From Magnetococcales bacterium (GTDB lineage: Bacteria > Pseudomonadota > Magnetococcia > Magnetococcales > DC0425bin3), in contig JADGCO010000001.1 in the NCBI GenBank assembly GCA_015228935.1, forward strand, positions 84,103 to 148,102: 64,000 nt of DNA, given 5' to 3'. Positions within the stretch are counted from its first letter, which is position 1; every line of letters begins with the position of its first letter. The position numbers were made by a program, and so were the translations under genes. This document shows positions 45,027 through 54,971 of the stretch, piece after piece. The notes beneath the pieces are model-generated. The model saw nothing but the letters and a program-made list of their open reading frames with translations, made no database searches and was not told the DNA's origin.

Positions 45027-45251
45027 ATGCTGGAAAAAGTGCAGGCAGTCCTGAACGAAGTCCGTCCCATGCTGCAACGCGACGGGGGGGACGTGGAGCT
45101 GGTGGAAGTGACTCCCAACAAAGTGGTCAAAGTGCGTCTGCGCGGGGCGTGCGGAACCTGCCCCGGTGCCATAATGACCTTGAAAGGTGGCATCGAACGG
45201 ATCATGAAACAGCGCATCCCGGAAGTGGTCTCCGTCGAGAGCGTGCCCTGA
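45027..45251 (+). CDS. NifU C-terminal-domain-like Fe-S cluster protein
   Basis: 74 aa: ..VRPMLQRDGGDVELVEV..VKVRLRGACGTCPGAIMTLKGGIE.. (CxxC motif), with an AAGGGAG RBS. Confidence 0.8.
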   Translation: MLEKVQAVLNEVRPMLQRDGGDVELVEVTPNKVVKVRLRGACGTCPGAIMTLKGGIERIMKQRIPEVVSVESVP

Positions 45252-45388
45252 GCGATACGCATTCCGCTCCCACAACCGGTTTCGGGGATGTTCCTGTGCC
45301 TTCCGAGGGAAAACCCGCCACGGAGGAGGATCGCCGGGAAGATTCCCTGCCAGTCGTCACTGGATCCACATCCAGGTTTATACCGTTC

Positions 45389-45961
45389 ATGGATGTTCCC
45401 TGGGCTTTCGGGCGCTATCTGCCGTCGCCACACGTCGATCAACGGCCACCGGGCACCGAAATCGACCTGCTCGTCGTTCACGCCATCAGTCTCCCGCCGG
45501 GTCAGTTTGGTGGGTCCTCCGTGGACGACCTGTTTCTGGGGCGTTTGGATACCTGGAAACATCCGTATTTTGAGAGCCTTGCGGGCTTGCGGGTCTCGGC
45601 GCACTTTTTCATAGACCGCAAGGGCGTGGTAACCCAGTATGTCCCGGTGATGAAACGCGCCTGGCATGCTGGGGTCAGTCAATGGCGCAACCGCAAAGCG
45701 TGCAACAACAACTCAATCGGCGTGGAACTGGAAGGGGCGGAAGGCGTGCCGTTCGAACCACTCCAATATTTGCGCCTGGCGATCATTTTGCGCACCCTGC
45801 AACAGCGCCTGCCCTTCCTGTGTGATGAAAACGTCGCTGGCCACCAGGAAATTGCCCCGGACAGAAAATGGGATCCGGGTTCGGGCTTCGAGTGGGACCG
45901 GTTTGCCGATGTGCTGTATCGAACCGGTCCGCATCCATCCTGGCAACCGGTCTGGGAATGA
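45389..45961 (+). CDS. ampD: 1,6-anhydro-N-acetylmuramyl-L-alanine amidase
   Basis: ..SPHVDQRPPGTEIDLLVVHAISLPPGQFGG.., ..SAHFFIDRKGVVTQYV....AWHAGVS.. and ..NNSIGVELEG.. The 369-aa track ORF is trimmed to MDVPWAF. The start is uncertain. Confidence 0.8.
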   Translation: MDVPWAFGRYLPSPHVDQRPPGTEIDLLVVHAISLPPGQFGGSSVDDLFLGRLDTWKHPYFESLAGLRVSAHFFIDRKGVVTQYVPVMKRAWHAGVSQWRNRKACNNNSIGVELEGAEGVPFEPLQYLRLAIILRTLQQRLPFLCDENVAGHQEIAPDRKWDPGSGFEWDRFADVLYRTGPHPSWQPVWE

Positions 45962-46058
45962 ATAACAAAAAATGTGCGCAAGAGATCGTCCCCAATGATT
46001 TCGCCCGCAATATTTTCCTGGAAATTCCATTTTCGATCCCTTATGCTCAAGCCAACAT

Positions 46059-46105
46059 AGCCACCACGCCTCTCGACGATGCGTTACCACGGTGGCTTTT
46101 TTTTT
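46059..46105 (+). terminator. rho-independent terminator after ampD
   Basis: AGCCACC (46059-65) pairs with GGTGGCT (46091-97), with an inner ACGC/GCGT pairing, followed by nine T residues. Confidence 0.6.
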
Positions 46106-46127
46106 GTCCTCCAGCCAAGATGGCAAA

Positions 46128-46772
46128 ATGCTTAAGCCCTACCTCAAACAGCCCCTTTCCTTCGACGAACAAATCGACAAGCTCACCGCTGCCTACGGAA
46201 CCTTTGCGCACACTGATCTGACCAATTTCAAGTCCGGATTTTATCATAAAGAGTAGCTTGAAAGCATTGAAAATGAATCAGTTAAATCCAAAGATCAATT
46301 CATTCAACATTATCGAAACACCTATCAAGGCTTTCCCTCCCTGCCAATCTGGATGGCCACCGAAATCATGAGCATGGGGAGGATTTCTCTCCTCTTCGAG
46401 TGGATGTGCAATACGGATCGTAAAGCCGTCTCCCGGCATTTCAATACCCATCACATGCGGTTTGGAGATGAACTACACGCACTGACATACGTCCGCAATA
46501 TATGCGCCCATCACGGTCGATTATGGAATCGTGGGTTCGCCATCAAGCCCCACCGCAGCAGCAACGCATCGTGGCAACCTCCGATGACTCCACGGCACGA
46601 CCGGCTGTTTTTTGTGTTGCTTATTCTCCGTCAACTCCTGTCTGCTATGGGAACCGGGACGCTATGGCAACAACACTGTACGAATCTCATTGCGCCGATT
46701 GCAGTTCACGAACACTGGCGCGATGCCATGGGCATGCCGGAAGGCTGGGAAGAACATCCGCTTTGGAGGTGA
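46128..46772 (+). pseudogene. Abi-like (Abi_2 / AbiD-AbiF type) abortive-infection gene remnant
   Basis: Single frame with an in-frame TAG at 46254. The N-terminal MLKPYLKQPLSFDEQIDKL.. is joined directly to ..AYGTFAHTD.. (apparent internal deletion). It then reads ..QFIQHYRNTYQGFPSLPIWMATEIMSMG.. and VRNICAHHGRLWNR. Confidence 0.65.
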
Positions 46773-46834
46773 TGTCATGACTGCCACCCCCGAAACCAGG
46801 TTCCAAAGTGGTCGCCCGCTCAGACGGTCCACGG

Positions 46835-47314
46835 TCACACCCCGAACACCTTCATCACCTCGTCGCCCAGGTGGTTGATGACTTTGACGGCAATGCGGCC
46901 TGATTTGGGCTTGTCGAAGGGGCGGGAGATGTCGCTGCGGAGGGATTCCCAGGCCTCCCGGTCAATCTCCGCCTTGAGGGTGGTCTGCAATGCCCTGTAG
47001 GGATCGTTGGCTCCCAGAAAATAGGCATGGCGGACGAAAAAACTTTCTTCATTGTAATCGGTGTCGATAAACCAGCAGGCGATGTCATCCGGGCCACTGG
47101 ATTCCACCTCTCCAGTCTGGGGTTTGAAGAGATCCACGCCGTTGATTTTTACCCGGAGTTGGCCGTTGCCGACCTTTTGGATCTCGATGTCCGGCTCGCC
47201 GAAGATGACGAATAGGTTGCCCTTGCCGGTGTTTTTGAGGTCATTAGCCATGTGCAGGTCAGCATTCATGCTTCCAGCACTGGGCATGGAGGCATTATGC
47301 CTTGGCAAACCAGA
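46835..47314 (-). pseudogene. C-terminal fragment of a DNA methyltransferase, 5'-truncated at the IS element
   Basis: ..FVIFGEPDIEIQK..DIACWFIDTDYNEESFFVRHAYFLGANDPYRALQTTLKAEIDREAWESLRSDISRPFDKPKSGRIAVKVINHLGDEVMKVF matches the conserved tail of N6/N4 DNA methylases as I recall it. No catalytic N-terminal part is present. Confidence 0.55.
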
Positions 47315-48375
47315 AAGGCTCAACATGGATTCCGGGGGCGTGGCCCATAGAGCTGAATTGAGGTAACATTTGCGGTGACAGTTAACCTCTACCGGACGGG
47401 CGATCAAGGATGATTCCTCAACCAGTCGTCAAAATCCAAAACTTGGTCAGTGACGAGCAATGTTACGAGACTGTTCGAAATTTGAGATGGCCAGATGGAA
47501 CACGATGTCCTTGGTGCGGGTCTGCGACGATCATCAAGAGGGGAAGGGATGAGATTCACACGGCGCGGTGCAGGTACGAGTGCAAAACTTGCCAGAAACG
47601 GTTCGATGATCTGACGGAGACAATATTTTCTGGGCATCATCAACCTCTTAAAATTTGGATTTTATGTTTATATTTCATGGGATTGAACTTATCTAACCTG
47701 CAAATTTCCAAAGAGTTGGACCTTAACCAAGACGATGTCCAGCAGATGACGACGCAACTCAGAGAAGGTGTTGAGAAAAAAAAGCCTGTGAAATTGTCCG
47801 GTCAGGTGGAGTGCGATGAAGTTTACGTTATCGCAGGTCACAAAGGTCGTCCCGACAAGGTTCTGGAAACAGGACGTAAAGGGCGTCGCAATCGGCTGAA
47901 AGGAGCGCGTGGACGCGGCACGTTGGAAAAGGAGAAGCCGCCTATTTTCGGAATGATCCAACGTTCTGGTGAAGTGGTCATCAGAATGTTGGCAAATGTG
48001 CAACAAAGACCATTGCGCCATTGATACAGTCCACGTTTTCCCTTGGAAGCATTGTTTTTACTGACGAATATTCTATTTATGATCGATTGACAGAATGGGG
48101 ATATGGACACAAAACGGTTAACCATAGCCTGGGAGAATTTGCCCGTGATGAAGACGGAGATGGATTTCATGAGGTACATGTCAACACCATGGAAGGTTTT
48201 TGGTCTTTACTGCGATCCTGGCTCAGGCCACATCGAGGTATTTCGCAAGAGAAGTTGCCAATATATTTGGGATTTTTCGAATTTATTCACAACGTGAGAA
48301 TGCGTGGAAAGAAGCTACTGCACTCCTTGCTGGAACTCTTGGTTCGGTAAGACCCCGGAATCCATATTGAGCCTT
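47315..48375 (+). mobile_element. IS1595-family (ISXO2-like) insertion sequence
   Basis: 23-bp terminal inverted repeats AAGGCTCAACATGGATTCCGGGG (47315-47337) and CCCCGGAATCCATATTGAGCCTT (48353-48375), 22/23 complementary. They enclose the transposase ORFs. No obvious target-site duplication. Confidence 0.75.
47410..48350 (+). pseudogene. IS1595-family DDE transposase split into two frames (47410..48024 and 48021..48350)
   Basis: N-terminal zinc-ribbon ..RWPDGTRCPWCGS..YECKTCQKRF... The DDE part ..VECDEVYV.. continues in the -1 frame as ..TDEYSIYDRL..GYGHKTVNHS..HVNTMEGFWSLLRSWLRPHRGISQEKLPIYLGFFEF. The frame break is at the A-run CAACAAAGACC near 48005. Confidence 0.75.
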
Positions 48376-48495
48376 ATTTTTTTGGGCAACTTATTTTCAA
48401 AGCATGCTTTTTTCCAGCATTACAACATAAATTATCAAAAATTGCACAAAACTATCCGGGAACAACCCCGACACTCTTTTTTCAAATCTGATTTT

Positions 48496-48571
48496 TGGCT
48501 CCCCGGGCCGGACTCGAACCAGCGACCCAGTGGTTAACAGCCACTTGCTCTGCCAACTGAGCTACCGGGGA
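48496..48571 (-). tRNA. tRNA-Asn (anticodon GTT), CCA encoded
   Basis: The reverse complement reads TCCCCGGTAGCTCAGTTGGCAGAGCAAGTGGCTGTTAACCACTGGGTCGCTGGTTCGAGTCCGGCCCGGGGAGCCA and folds as a canonical cloverleaf. Confidence 0.9.
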
Positions 48572-48673
48572 ACACGTCTTGCGCCTTGCGATGGTGGGCA
48601 AGGTACCGTCTTTTTCGAACCGGGTCAAGTCTCTGGTCAAACGAAACACAAAAAAACCTGGCTGGCCTTTTTT

Positions 48674-49456
48674 TTATGCAACGCTGAGCTTGAGGGTGAC
48701 CTTGGTACCGATCCCGGTTTGGAAGCGGGCGGCGGCACTGCCCTGGTTGACGACGACCTCCATGGTGCCGAAGCCACCGGCCAGCAAACCCACCTCCCCC
48801 ACTTTCAGGTCGGAGAAGGTGGCGACCTGTTCGCCACAGGGCTGGCCATCGAGCCACCCCACAACCGGGATGCCGGCAATTTCGCTGGCGGGCAACCCGG
48901 TCACGAGGTTGCCATAGCGATCCACGAGCATGACGCGGGTTTCCCACTGATTCTGGGCAGTCTGCTCCCAATCCCGCCCGACCAGACGCACCGGATCGCT
49001 GATGAGTTGCCCCAAATGCCGGGGTTCACGGCCATTGAGGAGTTGGCCGACCACGGGGGCCATGATATCGCGCCCCTGGAAGGTGGCGCTGGCCCCGGAG
49101 AAAACAGAAAGATCGACGGCATAAACCAGGGAGTCCTCGCGCAGCAGGAATGGCTCCAGGAGGCCATTGTCCGGACCGACAGCGATCATGCCGCCGGAAT
49201 GCACCAGGAGAATCCGGCGCTGCCCTCCCACACCGGGATCCACGACACAGAGCCAGATGGCCGGATAGGGCATGAAGCGCATGGTCCGCCCGATCAACCA
49301 TGCGCCCACCCGAATGGCAAACGGGGGGACATCATGGTAGAGGTCGATGCAACGCAGATTGGGACAGTTTCGATACAAGACACCCTTGATTTGACCAACG
49401 TAGGGATCGGTACTGCCGAAATCTGTCATCAGGACAACCGGTGCTGGACCTGCCAT
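48674..49456 (-). CDS. SAM hydrolase / SAM-dependent halogenase-family protein (DUF62)
   Basis: ..VVLMTDFGSTDPYVGQIKGVL.. and ..VVDPGVGGQRR.. are typical DUF62 motifs. GGAGAA RBS. Confidence 0.8.
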   Translation of the reverse strand: MAGPAPVVLMTDFGSTDPYVGQIKGVLYRNCPNLRCIDLYHDVPPFAIRVGAWLIGRTMRFMPYPAIWLCVVDPGVGGQRRILLVHSGGMIAVGPDNGLLEPFLLREDSLVYAVDLSVFSGASATFQGRDIMAPVVGQLLNGREPRHLGQLISDPVRLVGRDWEQTAQNQWETRVMLVDRYGNLVTGLPASEIAGIPVVGWLDGQPCGEQVATFSDLKVGEVGLLAGGFGTMEVVVNQGSAAARFQTGIGTKVTLKLSVA

Positions 49457-49470
49457 CTCAGTTCTCCATG

Positions 49471-49500
49471 AAAAAAGGGGCGGGGCTATTGCCCCACCCC
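49471..49500 (-). terminator. rho-independent terminator ending the alpha operon (after rplQ)
   Basis: Minus strand: GGGGTGGGGC-AATA-GCCCCGCCCC followed by TTTTTT. Confidence 0.65.
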
Positions 49501-49540
49501 TGTCTGTTGCATCGTTTTCAGAATATTGACTGGTCCAATC

Positions 49541-49942
49541 TTATTTTTCGGCTGTGACGGACTTCTGACTCTCTGGTGGGACGCTGGTCCGTTCAACAAG
49601 TTCGATGAGGGACATGGAAGCACAGTCACCGTAGCGATAGCGGGTTTTGAGAACCCGCGTATATCCACCTGGCCGGTTGCGATTCCGGTCGGCGATATCT
49701 GCGAAAAGTTTGTGGACCGCTTCCTGATTTTTGATCGTACTCAGGGCGACGCGCCGGGCGTGGAGGTCACCGCGTTTGCCGAGGGTGATCATGCGATCAG
49801 CGAACCTTTTGAGGACCTTGGCCTTGGTATCGGTGGTCTCGATTTTTTCATGGATGAAAAGGCTACCCAGCATATTTGAGATCAGGGATTTGCGATGAGC
49901 GGAATCCCGATTCAATTTCCGGACACATTTGCGATGTCTCAT
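49541..49942 (-). CDS. rplQ: 50S ribosomal protein L17
   Basis: MRHRKCVRKLNRDSAHRKSL.. is a conserved L17 N-terminus. Last gene after rpoA. Confidence 0.95.
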   Translation of the reverse strand: MRHRKCVRKLNRDSAHRKSLISNMLGSLFIHEKIETTDTKAKVLKRFADRMITLGKRGDLHARRVALSTIKNQEAVHKLFADIADRNRNRPGGYTRVLKTRYRYGDCASMSLIELVERTSVPPESQKSVTAEK

Positions 49943-49955
49943 GTGTGGAACCTTC

Positions 49956-50975
49956 CTAGAAGTTATCTTCCTCGAATTGCCGGGAGAGGTCTTCGATATT
50001 CTCTGGCGGCCAGTTTTCCAGGGTCATCCCCAGGTGGAGGTCCATTTCTTCCAGGACTTCCTTTATTTCATTCAAGGATTTACGGCCAAAGTTGGGTGTT
50101 TTCAACATTTCCGCTTCGGTTTTTTGCACCAGGTCGCCGATGTAGACGATGTCGTCATTTTTCAGGCAGTTGGCTGACCGAACCGACAATTCGAGTTCAT
50201 CCACCTTGCGGAAGAGATTGGGGTTCCAGCGCGGGCCTTTATCATCTTCCTTGCTTTCCTTGATGGGTACCTCTTCAAAATTGATGAAGGGGTTCAACTG
50301 GTTTTGCAGGATTTTCGCAGCCAGGGCCAGGGCATCTTCCGGGGAGACGACGCCATTGGTTTCGATTTCCATGACGAGTTTGTCATGGTCGGTCTGGTGC
50401 CCGACGCGGGCATTTTCGACCCGGTAGGCCACCCGTTTGACCGGGTTGAAGCTGGCATCGACGGGTATTTCGCCGATGGCGGTTGGTTCGTCGTCCCGAC
50501 CCTGGGTGGCGCGGACATATCCTTTGCCGGTATTGACGGTCATTTCAATATCGAGTTTGCCACTTTTATTCAGGGTGGCAATGTGGTGACCCGGGTTCAG
50601 GATGGTGATATCGGAGCCGCACTGGATGTTGGCGGCGGTGACCACGCCTTCGGTTTCCGATTTCAGGGACATGGTTTTGGGACCGGTCCCTGACATGCTG
50701 ATTGCCAGACCTTTGATATTGAGAATGATTTCAGTTACATCTTCCAGGACTCCCGAGATGCTGGAAAATTCGTGCAGCACGCCTTCGATCCGGACTGTGG
50801 TGACGGCGGCACCTTGCAGCGATGACAGGAGGACGCGCCGCAGGGCGTTTCCCAGGGTTGTTCCGAAGCCTCTTTCCAGAGGTTCGGCGATCAACGTGGC
50901 CCGCCGGGTGATATCACCATCTCCAAGGAGTTCGATGGTCCGGGGTTTTATCAGTTCTGTCCAATTCCTATGCAT
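49956..50975 (-). CDS. rpoA: DNA-directed RNA polymerase subunit alpha
   Basis: 339 aa with conserved NTD (..[18 protein letters not shown]..) and CTD (..[12 protein letters not shown]..). Confidence 0.95.
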   Translation of the reverse strand: MHRNWTELIKPRTIELLGDGDITRRATLIAEPLERGFGTTLGNALRRVLLSSLQGAAVTTVRIEGVLHEFSSISGVLEDVTEIILNIKGLAISMSGTGPKTMSLKSETEGVVTAANIQCGSDITILNPGHHIATLNKSGKLDIEMTVNTGKGYVRATQGRDDEPTAIGEIPVDASFNPVKRVAYRVENARVGHQTDHDKLVMEIETNGVVSPEDALALAAKILQNQLNPFINFEEVPIKESKEDDKGPRWNPNLFRKVDELELSVRSANCLKNDDIVYIGDLVQKTEAEMLKTPNFGRKSLNEIKEVLEEMDLHLGMTLENWPPENIEDLSRQFEEDNF

Positions 50976-51000
50976 CTAAGCTCCCCTGAACCTTATTCAA

Positions 51001-51627
51001 TTATTTGGAGTACAACTCAACGATCAGATTTTCGTTGATATCAGCAGGGAGGTCGCTGCGGTCTGGAACTGACCGGAAGACACCGGACAATTTTGCTGGA
51101 TCCAGTTCCAGCCAGGAGGGAACACCCCGGGAGGAGGCTTTTTCCATAGCCGCCTTGATTCGCAGATGTTCCTGGCACTTGGGAGCGATGGTTATTTTAT
51201 CGCCTGGTTTCACCAGCAGGGAGGGGATATCGACTTTGCGGTCGTTGACGAGGACCTGTCGATGCCGCACGATTTGCCTGGCTTCACTGCGGGAGATGGA
51301 GAATCCGAGGCGAAAGACCACGTTATCCAGGCGGCGTTCCAGGAGGGTCAGCAGATTGTTACCGGTGACACCCCGCATGTTGGCGGCTTTTTTGAACAGG
51401 TTGTGAAACTGCCGTTCCAGCAAGCCGTAGGTACGTTTGATTTTTTGTTTTTCGCGCAGGTGGATGCCGTAGTCAGAAACTTTTCGCCGTCTCTGACCAT
51501 GCTGTCCGGGGATGTAACTGCGGCGCTCGATGGCGCATTTGTCGGAGAAGCATTTATCACCTTTCAGGAAAAGCTTGGTGGCTTCTCGCCGACAGATTCG
51601 GCATTTGGATCCAAGGTAACGAGCCAT
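51001..51627 (-). CDS. rpsD: 30S ribosomal protein S4
   Basis: [26 protein letters not shown]..; conserved operon position. Confidence 0.95.
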   Translation of the reverse strand: MARYLGSKCRICRREATKLFLKGDKCFSDKCAIERRSYIPGQHGQRRRKVSDYGIHLREKQKIKRTYGLLERQFHNLFKKAANMRGVTGNNLLTLLERRLDNVVFRLGFSISRSEARQIVRHRQVLVNDRKVDIPSLLVKPGDKITIAPKCQEHLRIKAAMEKASSRGVPSWLELDPAKLSGVFRSVPDRSDLPADINENLIVELYSK

Positions 51628-51659
51628 TTGTCAGTCGTACTCCCGAAAACAGTGTCAGT

Positions 51660-52055
51660 TCAGACGCGCCGACGCTTGGGCGGGCGGCACCCGTTGTGGG
51701 GGATCGGCGTCACATCTTGTACTGTGCCGATATTGAAGCCGATGGCGGCCAGGGCACGCAGGGCGGATTCGCGTCCGGAGCCTGGGCCTTTGAGGCGGAC
51801 TTCGAGGTTGCGCATGCCATGTTCCATGGCTTTTTTGCCGGCGGCTTCGGCGGCCATTTGTGCGGCGAAGGGGGTTGACTTGCGTGAGCCTTTGAACCCT
51901 TGTGCGCCGGCGGAACCCCAGGCCAGCACGTTCCCGGAGGGATCGGTGATGGTGATCAGGGTATTGTTGAAGGTGGATTGGATGTGGACGACGCCGCTGG
52001 CGATATTTTTTCGTTCACGTCGCCGGACGCGCACGCCTTTTTGGACCTTGTTCAT
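51660..52055 (-). CDS. rpsK: 30S ribosomal protein S11
   Basis: ..[45 protein letters not shown]. Confidence 0.95.
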   Translation of the reverse strand: MNKVQKGVRVRRRERKNIASGVVHIQSTFNNTLITITDPSGNVLAWGSAGAQGFKGSRKSTPFAAQMAAEAAGKKAMEHGMRNLEVRLKGPGSGRESALRALAAIGFNIGTVQDVTPIPHNGCRPPKRRRV

Positions 52056-52057
52056 GG

Positions 52058-52429
52058 TCAGGCTCCTTTCTTCCCGGCGATGGGCTTACGCGGGCCTTTC
52101 CGGGTCCGGGCGTTGGTATGGGTTCTTTGACCGCGCACGGGCAAGCCACGGCGATGACGCAAACCCCGGTAGGTTCCCAGATCCATCAAGCGTTTGGTAT
52201 TCATGGCGACCTGGCGACGCAGGTCCCCTTCGACCGAGTGTTTGCTGTCGATGATGTTCCGGAGCTTGGCGACATCGCCATCCGAGAGCTGATGGACTCT
52301 CGTATCTGGCGAGATTCCGGCTTCTTCAATGATTTGTCGTGATAAATGACGCCCGACCCCATAAATGTAGGTCAGGGCAATCTCTAGTCGCTTGTTGACG
52401 GGAATATTGACTCCAGCAATTCGGGCCAC
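52058..52429 (-). CDS. rpsM: 30S ribosomal protein S13
   Basis: [26 protein letters not shown]... Confidence 0.95.
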   Translation of the reverse strand: MARIAGVNIPVNKRLEIALTYIYGVGRHLSRQIIEEAGISPDTRVHQLSDGDVAKLRNIIDSKHSVEGDLRRQVAMNTKRLMDLGTYRGLRHRRGLPVRGQRTHTNARTRKGPRKPIAGKKGA

Positions 52430-52461
52430 TTCTCAACCTCCGGGGTACGGACCTTAATCAA

Positions 52462-52578
52462 TCAGCCTTGCTTTTGTTTGTGCTTGGGATGCTTGCTGCA
52501 TATGACCCGCACCACACCTTTCCTGCGGATCACCTTGCAATCCTTGCACATGACTTTGACCGATGCGCGGACTTTCAT
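52462..52578 (-). CDS. rpmJ: 50S ribosomal protein L36
   Basis: Not in the track (38 aa). Hand translation gives [38 protein letters not shown], with an AGGAG RBS. Confidence 0.85.
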   Translation of the reverse strand: MKVRASVKVMCKDCKVIRRKGVVRVICSKHPKHKQKQG

Positions 52579-52759
52579 GTTACCACTCCTGCATTGTCTT
52601 TCCGGAACTGGCGATTGCCACTCCCAGCCATTCCATCCAGGCCTCCGTCTGAATTTTTGTTCATTTGCACTCTTGGCGAAGGGTCCTGTTCGTTTACACC
52701 ATCTGACCGTGATGGATCAATTGAATTATCGATTACAAGGGGCCAACCGAGAATATGGA

Positions 52760-54091
52760 TCAATTGCGCCCTTTGATTTTGGCCTTCTTCATGAGTCCTT
52801 CGTACTGACGACTGATCAGGAAGGATTGGATCTGTGCCACGGTATCCATGGTGACCCCCACCACGATCAGCATGGACGTCCCTCCGAAGTAGAACGGAAC
52901 ATGATAGTTGGTAATCAGGATCTCTGGCAACAGACAGACCGCAACGACATACATGGCACCGATGAGGGTCAGCCGGGTCAGGATTTTGTCAAAGTGTTCG
53001 GCGGTGCGTTGGCCGGGACGAATCCCGGGAACAAACCCCCCATACTTGCGCAGATTGTCCGCCGTCTCTTCCGGGTTGAAGACGATGGCCGTGTAAAAAA
53101 AACAAAAAAAGATAATTGCCGCCGAGTAGAACACCATATACATCAGGTGCCCGGGTGAGAGCATGGTTGACAGGTCCTTCAGCCATTCCCAGGGGGCAAA
53201 GTTGGCGATGGTAACCGGAAAGAGGATGATGGCGCTGGCAAAAATGGGCGGAATCACCCCGGCGGTATTCACCTTGAGGGGCAGATGTGTCTGTTCACCG
53301 CCAACCATGCGCCGCCCGCTCACCTGGCGTTTGGCGTATTGGACGGATATGCGTCGTTGCGCTCGTTCCATGAAAATGATGAAGCTGGTCACCAGGATGG
53401 ACATGATCACCAGGAACAGCACGAACAAGGGTTGCAAATCGCCAGTACGGGTCAGTTGCAGGGTGTTGACCATGGCCACGGGCAGATTGGCCACGATGCC
53501 GGCAAAGATGATCAGGGAGATGCCGTTGCCAATGCCGCGACTGGTGATTTGTTCGCCGACCCACATGATGAATGCGGTCCCGGCAGTCAGGGTCACCACC
53601 GTAATGAGCCGGAAATGCCAGCCGGGCTGCACCACGACATTCATGCCACCTGCCTGCATGCTCTCCATGCCGTAGGCAATGCCAAAGCCCTGGAATATGG
53701 AGAGGGCAATGGTTCCATAACGGGTATACTGGTTGATCTTGCGGCGTCCCGACTCCCCCTCTTTCTTCAGGGATTCCAGCTTGGGAACGACGGTCGTCAT
53801 CAATTGCAGAATGATGGACGAGGAGATGTACGGCATGATTCCCAGGGCGAACACGGTCAGGCGCGACAAGGCACCACCGGAAAACATGTTGAACATGCCC
53901 AGCAGGGTCCCCTGTTGCTGCTTGAAAAACTCTGCCAGTGCCGCCGGATCGATGCCCGGGATTGGCACATGGGCACCAATCCGGTAGACGATCAGCATAC
54001 CGAGAGTAAAAAAAAGCCTCCTGCGCAGCTCAGGAATCTTCCCAAGGTTGCCGAAACCGGCCAAAGGCGATTGCTGGGTGCTGATGGCCAT
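52760..54091 (-). CDS. secY: preprotein translocase subunit SecY
   Basis: 443 aa, 10 TM segments, conserved ..[14 protein letters not shown].. and ..[10 protein letters not shown].. Confidence 0.95.
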   Translation of the reverse strand: MAISTQQSPLAGFGNLGKIPELRRRLFFTLGMLIVYRIGAHVPIPGIDPAALAEFFKQQQGTLLGMFNMFSGGALSRLTVFALGIMPYISSSIILQLMTTVVPKLESLKKEGESGRRKINQYTRYGTIALSIFQGFGIAYGMESMQAGGMNVVVQPGWHFRLITVVTLTAGTAFIMWVGEQITSRGIGNGISLIIFAGIVANLPVAMVNTLQLTRTGDLQPLFVLFLVIMSILVTSFIIFMERAQRRISVQYAKRQVSGRRMVGGEQTHLPLKVNTAGVIPPIFASAIILFPVTIANFAPWEWLKDLSTMLSPGHLMYMVFYSAAIIFFCFFYTAIVFNPEETADNLRKYGGFVPGIRPGQRTAEHFDKILTRLTLIGAMYVVAVCLLPEILITNYHVPFYFGGTSMLIVVGVTMDTVAQIQSFLISRQYEGLMKKAKIKGRN

Positions 54092-54094
54092 GGG

Positions 54095-54589
54095 TTACTC
54101 AGCCGACGCCGCAGAGGTCTCCGAGTCAGCCGGATCTGCTGCGGCAACGGGTGGAAGAATCACTTCCCCGCCGGCGGCAACAACTTTTTCCACGGCCACC
54201 CGCGAGGCTTTGTCCACATGAATCTTCAAAGGCTTGTTGATTGCACCATCTCCGAGGAGCTTGATGCCATCCTTGTGGCGTTTGCACAGATTATTGGCCT
54301 GCAACAGGGCGGCAGTCACTTCGGTATGGGCTTCGAAGCGATCGAGGTCATCCAGGTTCAGGACGTTGTACTCTTTGCGGAAGGGATTGGTGAATCCGCG
54401 TTTGGGGAGCCGGCGTTGCAGGGGCATCTGGCCGCCCTCAAAGCCGACCTTGTGGTATCCTCCAGACCGCGCTCTCTGGCCTTTGATGCCACGGCCACCG
54501 GTTTTGCCATTACCACTTCCCGGACCGCGCCCCTTGCGCTTTCCTTCCTGACTGTTTCCCGGAATGCCCGGCAATTCGTTCAATTTCAT
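54095..54589 (-). CDS. rplO: 50S ribosomal protein L15
   Basis: MKLNEL..GRGPGSGNGKTGGRG.KGQ.ARSG.. Confidence 0.95.
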   Translation of the reverse strand: MKLNELPGIPGNSQEGKRKGRGPGSGNGKTGGRGIKGQRARSGGYHKVGFEGGQMPLQRRLPKRGFTNPFRKEYNVLNLDDLDRFEAHTEVTAALLQANNLCKRHKDGIKLLGDGAINKPLKIHVDKASRVAVEKVVAAGGEVILPPVAAADPADSETSAASAE

Positions 54590-54600
54590 CGTTCAAGTCC

Positions 54601-54780
54601 TCAATCGACGATCTGCACCATGTGGCTGACCAGGAATATCATGCCGCGCACGGAGGCATTATCCGGAAGTTCACGGACACGGTGCATCCGGGTCATTCCC
54701 AGGCTTTTCAGGATCCGCCGATGTTTTTCAGGACGCCCGATGTGGGAGCGCACCAATTTGATTTTCAAGGTTTTGGACAT
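54601..54780 (-). CDS. rpmD: 50S ribosomal protein L30
   Basis: Trimmed to MSKTLKIKLVRSHIGRPEKHRRILKSLGM.. (59 aa). Confidence 0.9.
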   Translation of the reverse strand: MSKTLKIKLVRSHIGRPEKHRRILKSLGMTRMHRVRELPDNASVRGMIFLVSHMVQIVD

Positions 54781-54971
54781 TGTATTGTCTCTTTTTGCGC
54801 GACAATTTCGCGACACTTTGTGACGCCTGCTTCAGTGACGCCTGCTCAACTCTGGCCATGGCTGCCGGCAATTTCCGGATGCGGATGCTGCCTGTCCATC
54901 GGGCTGCCTGCTTTCCTGGCCGGAGTTGTTCCAGACAGGGGGCACAGGGCAACCGGCCAAAACCGTCCGGG

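Noticed and set aside
44852-45388. Upstream part of the 369-aa ORF, including a Lys-rich stretch (..KVNTKAKPGAGITVKAKIKKKTNKKNKVKG..)
   Set aside because: It overlaps the well-supported NifU-like gene (45027..45251) in another frame. AmpD homology only begins near 45400. The Lys-rich reading comes from an A-rich spacer that also holds the NifU RBS.
44612-45682. 356-aa minus-strand ORF
   Set aside because: It is antisense to the tolC 3' end, the NifU-like gene and ampD.
48530-49471. 313-aa plus-strand ORF
   Set aside because: It starts inside the tRNA-Asn gene region and is antisense to the DUF62 gene.
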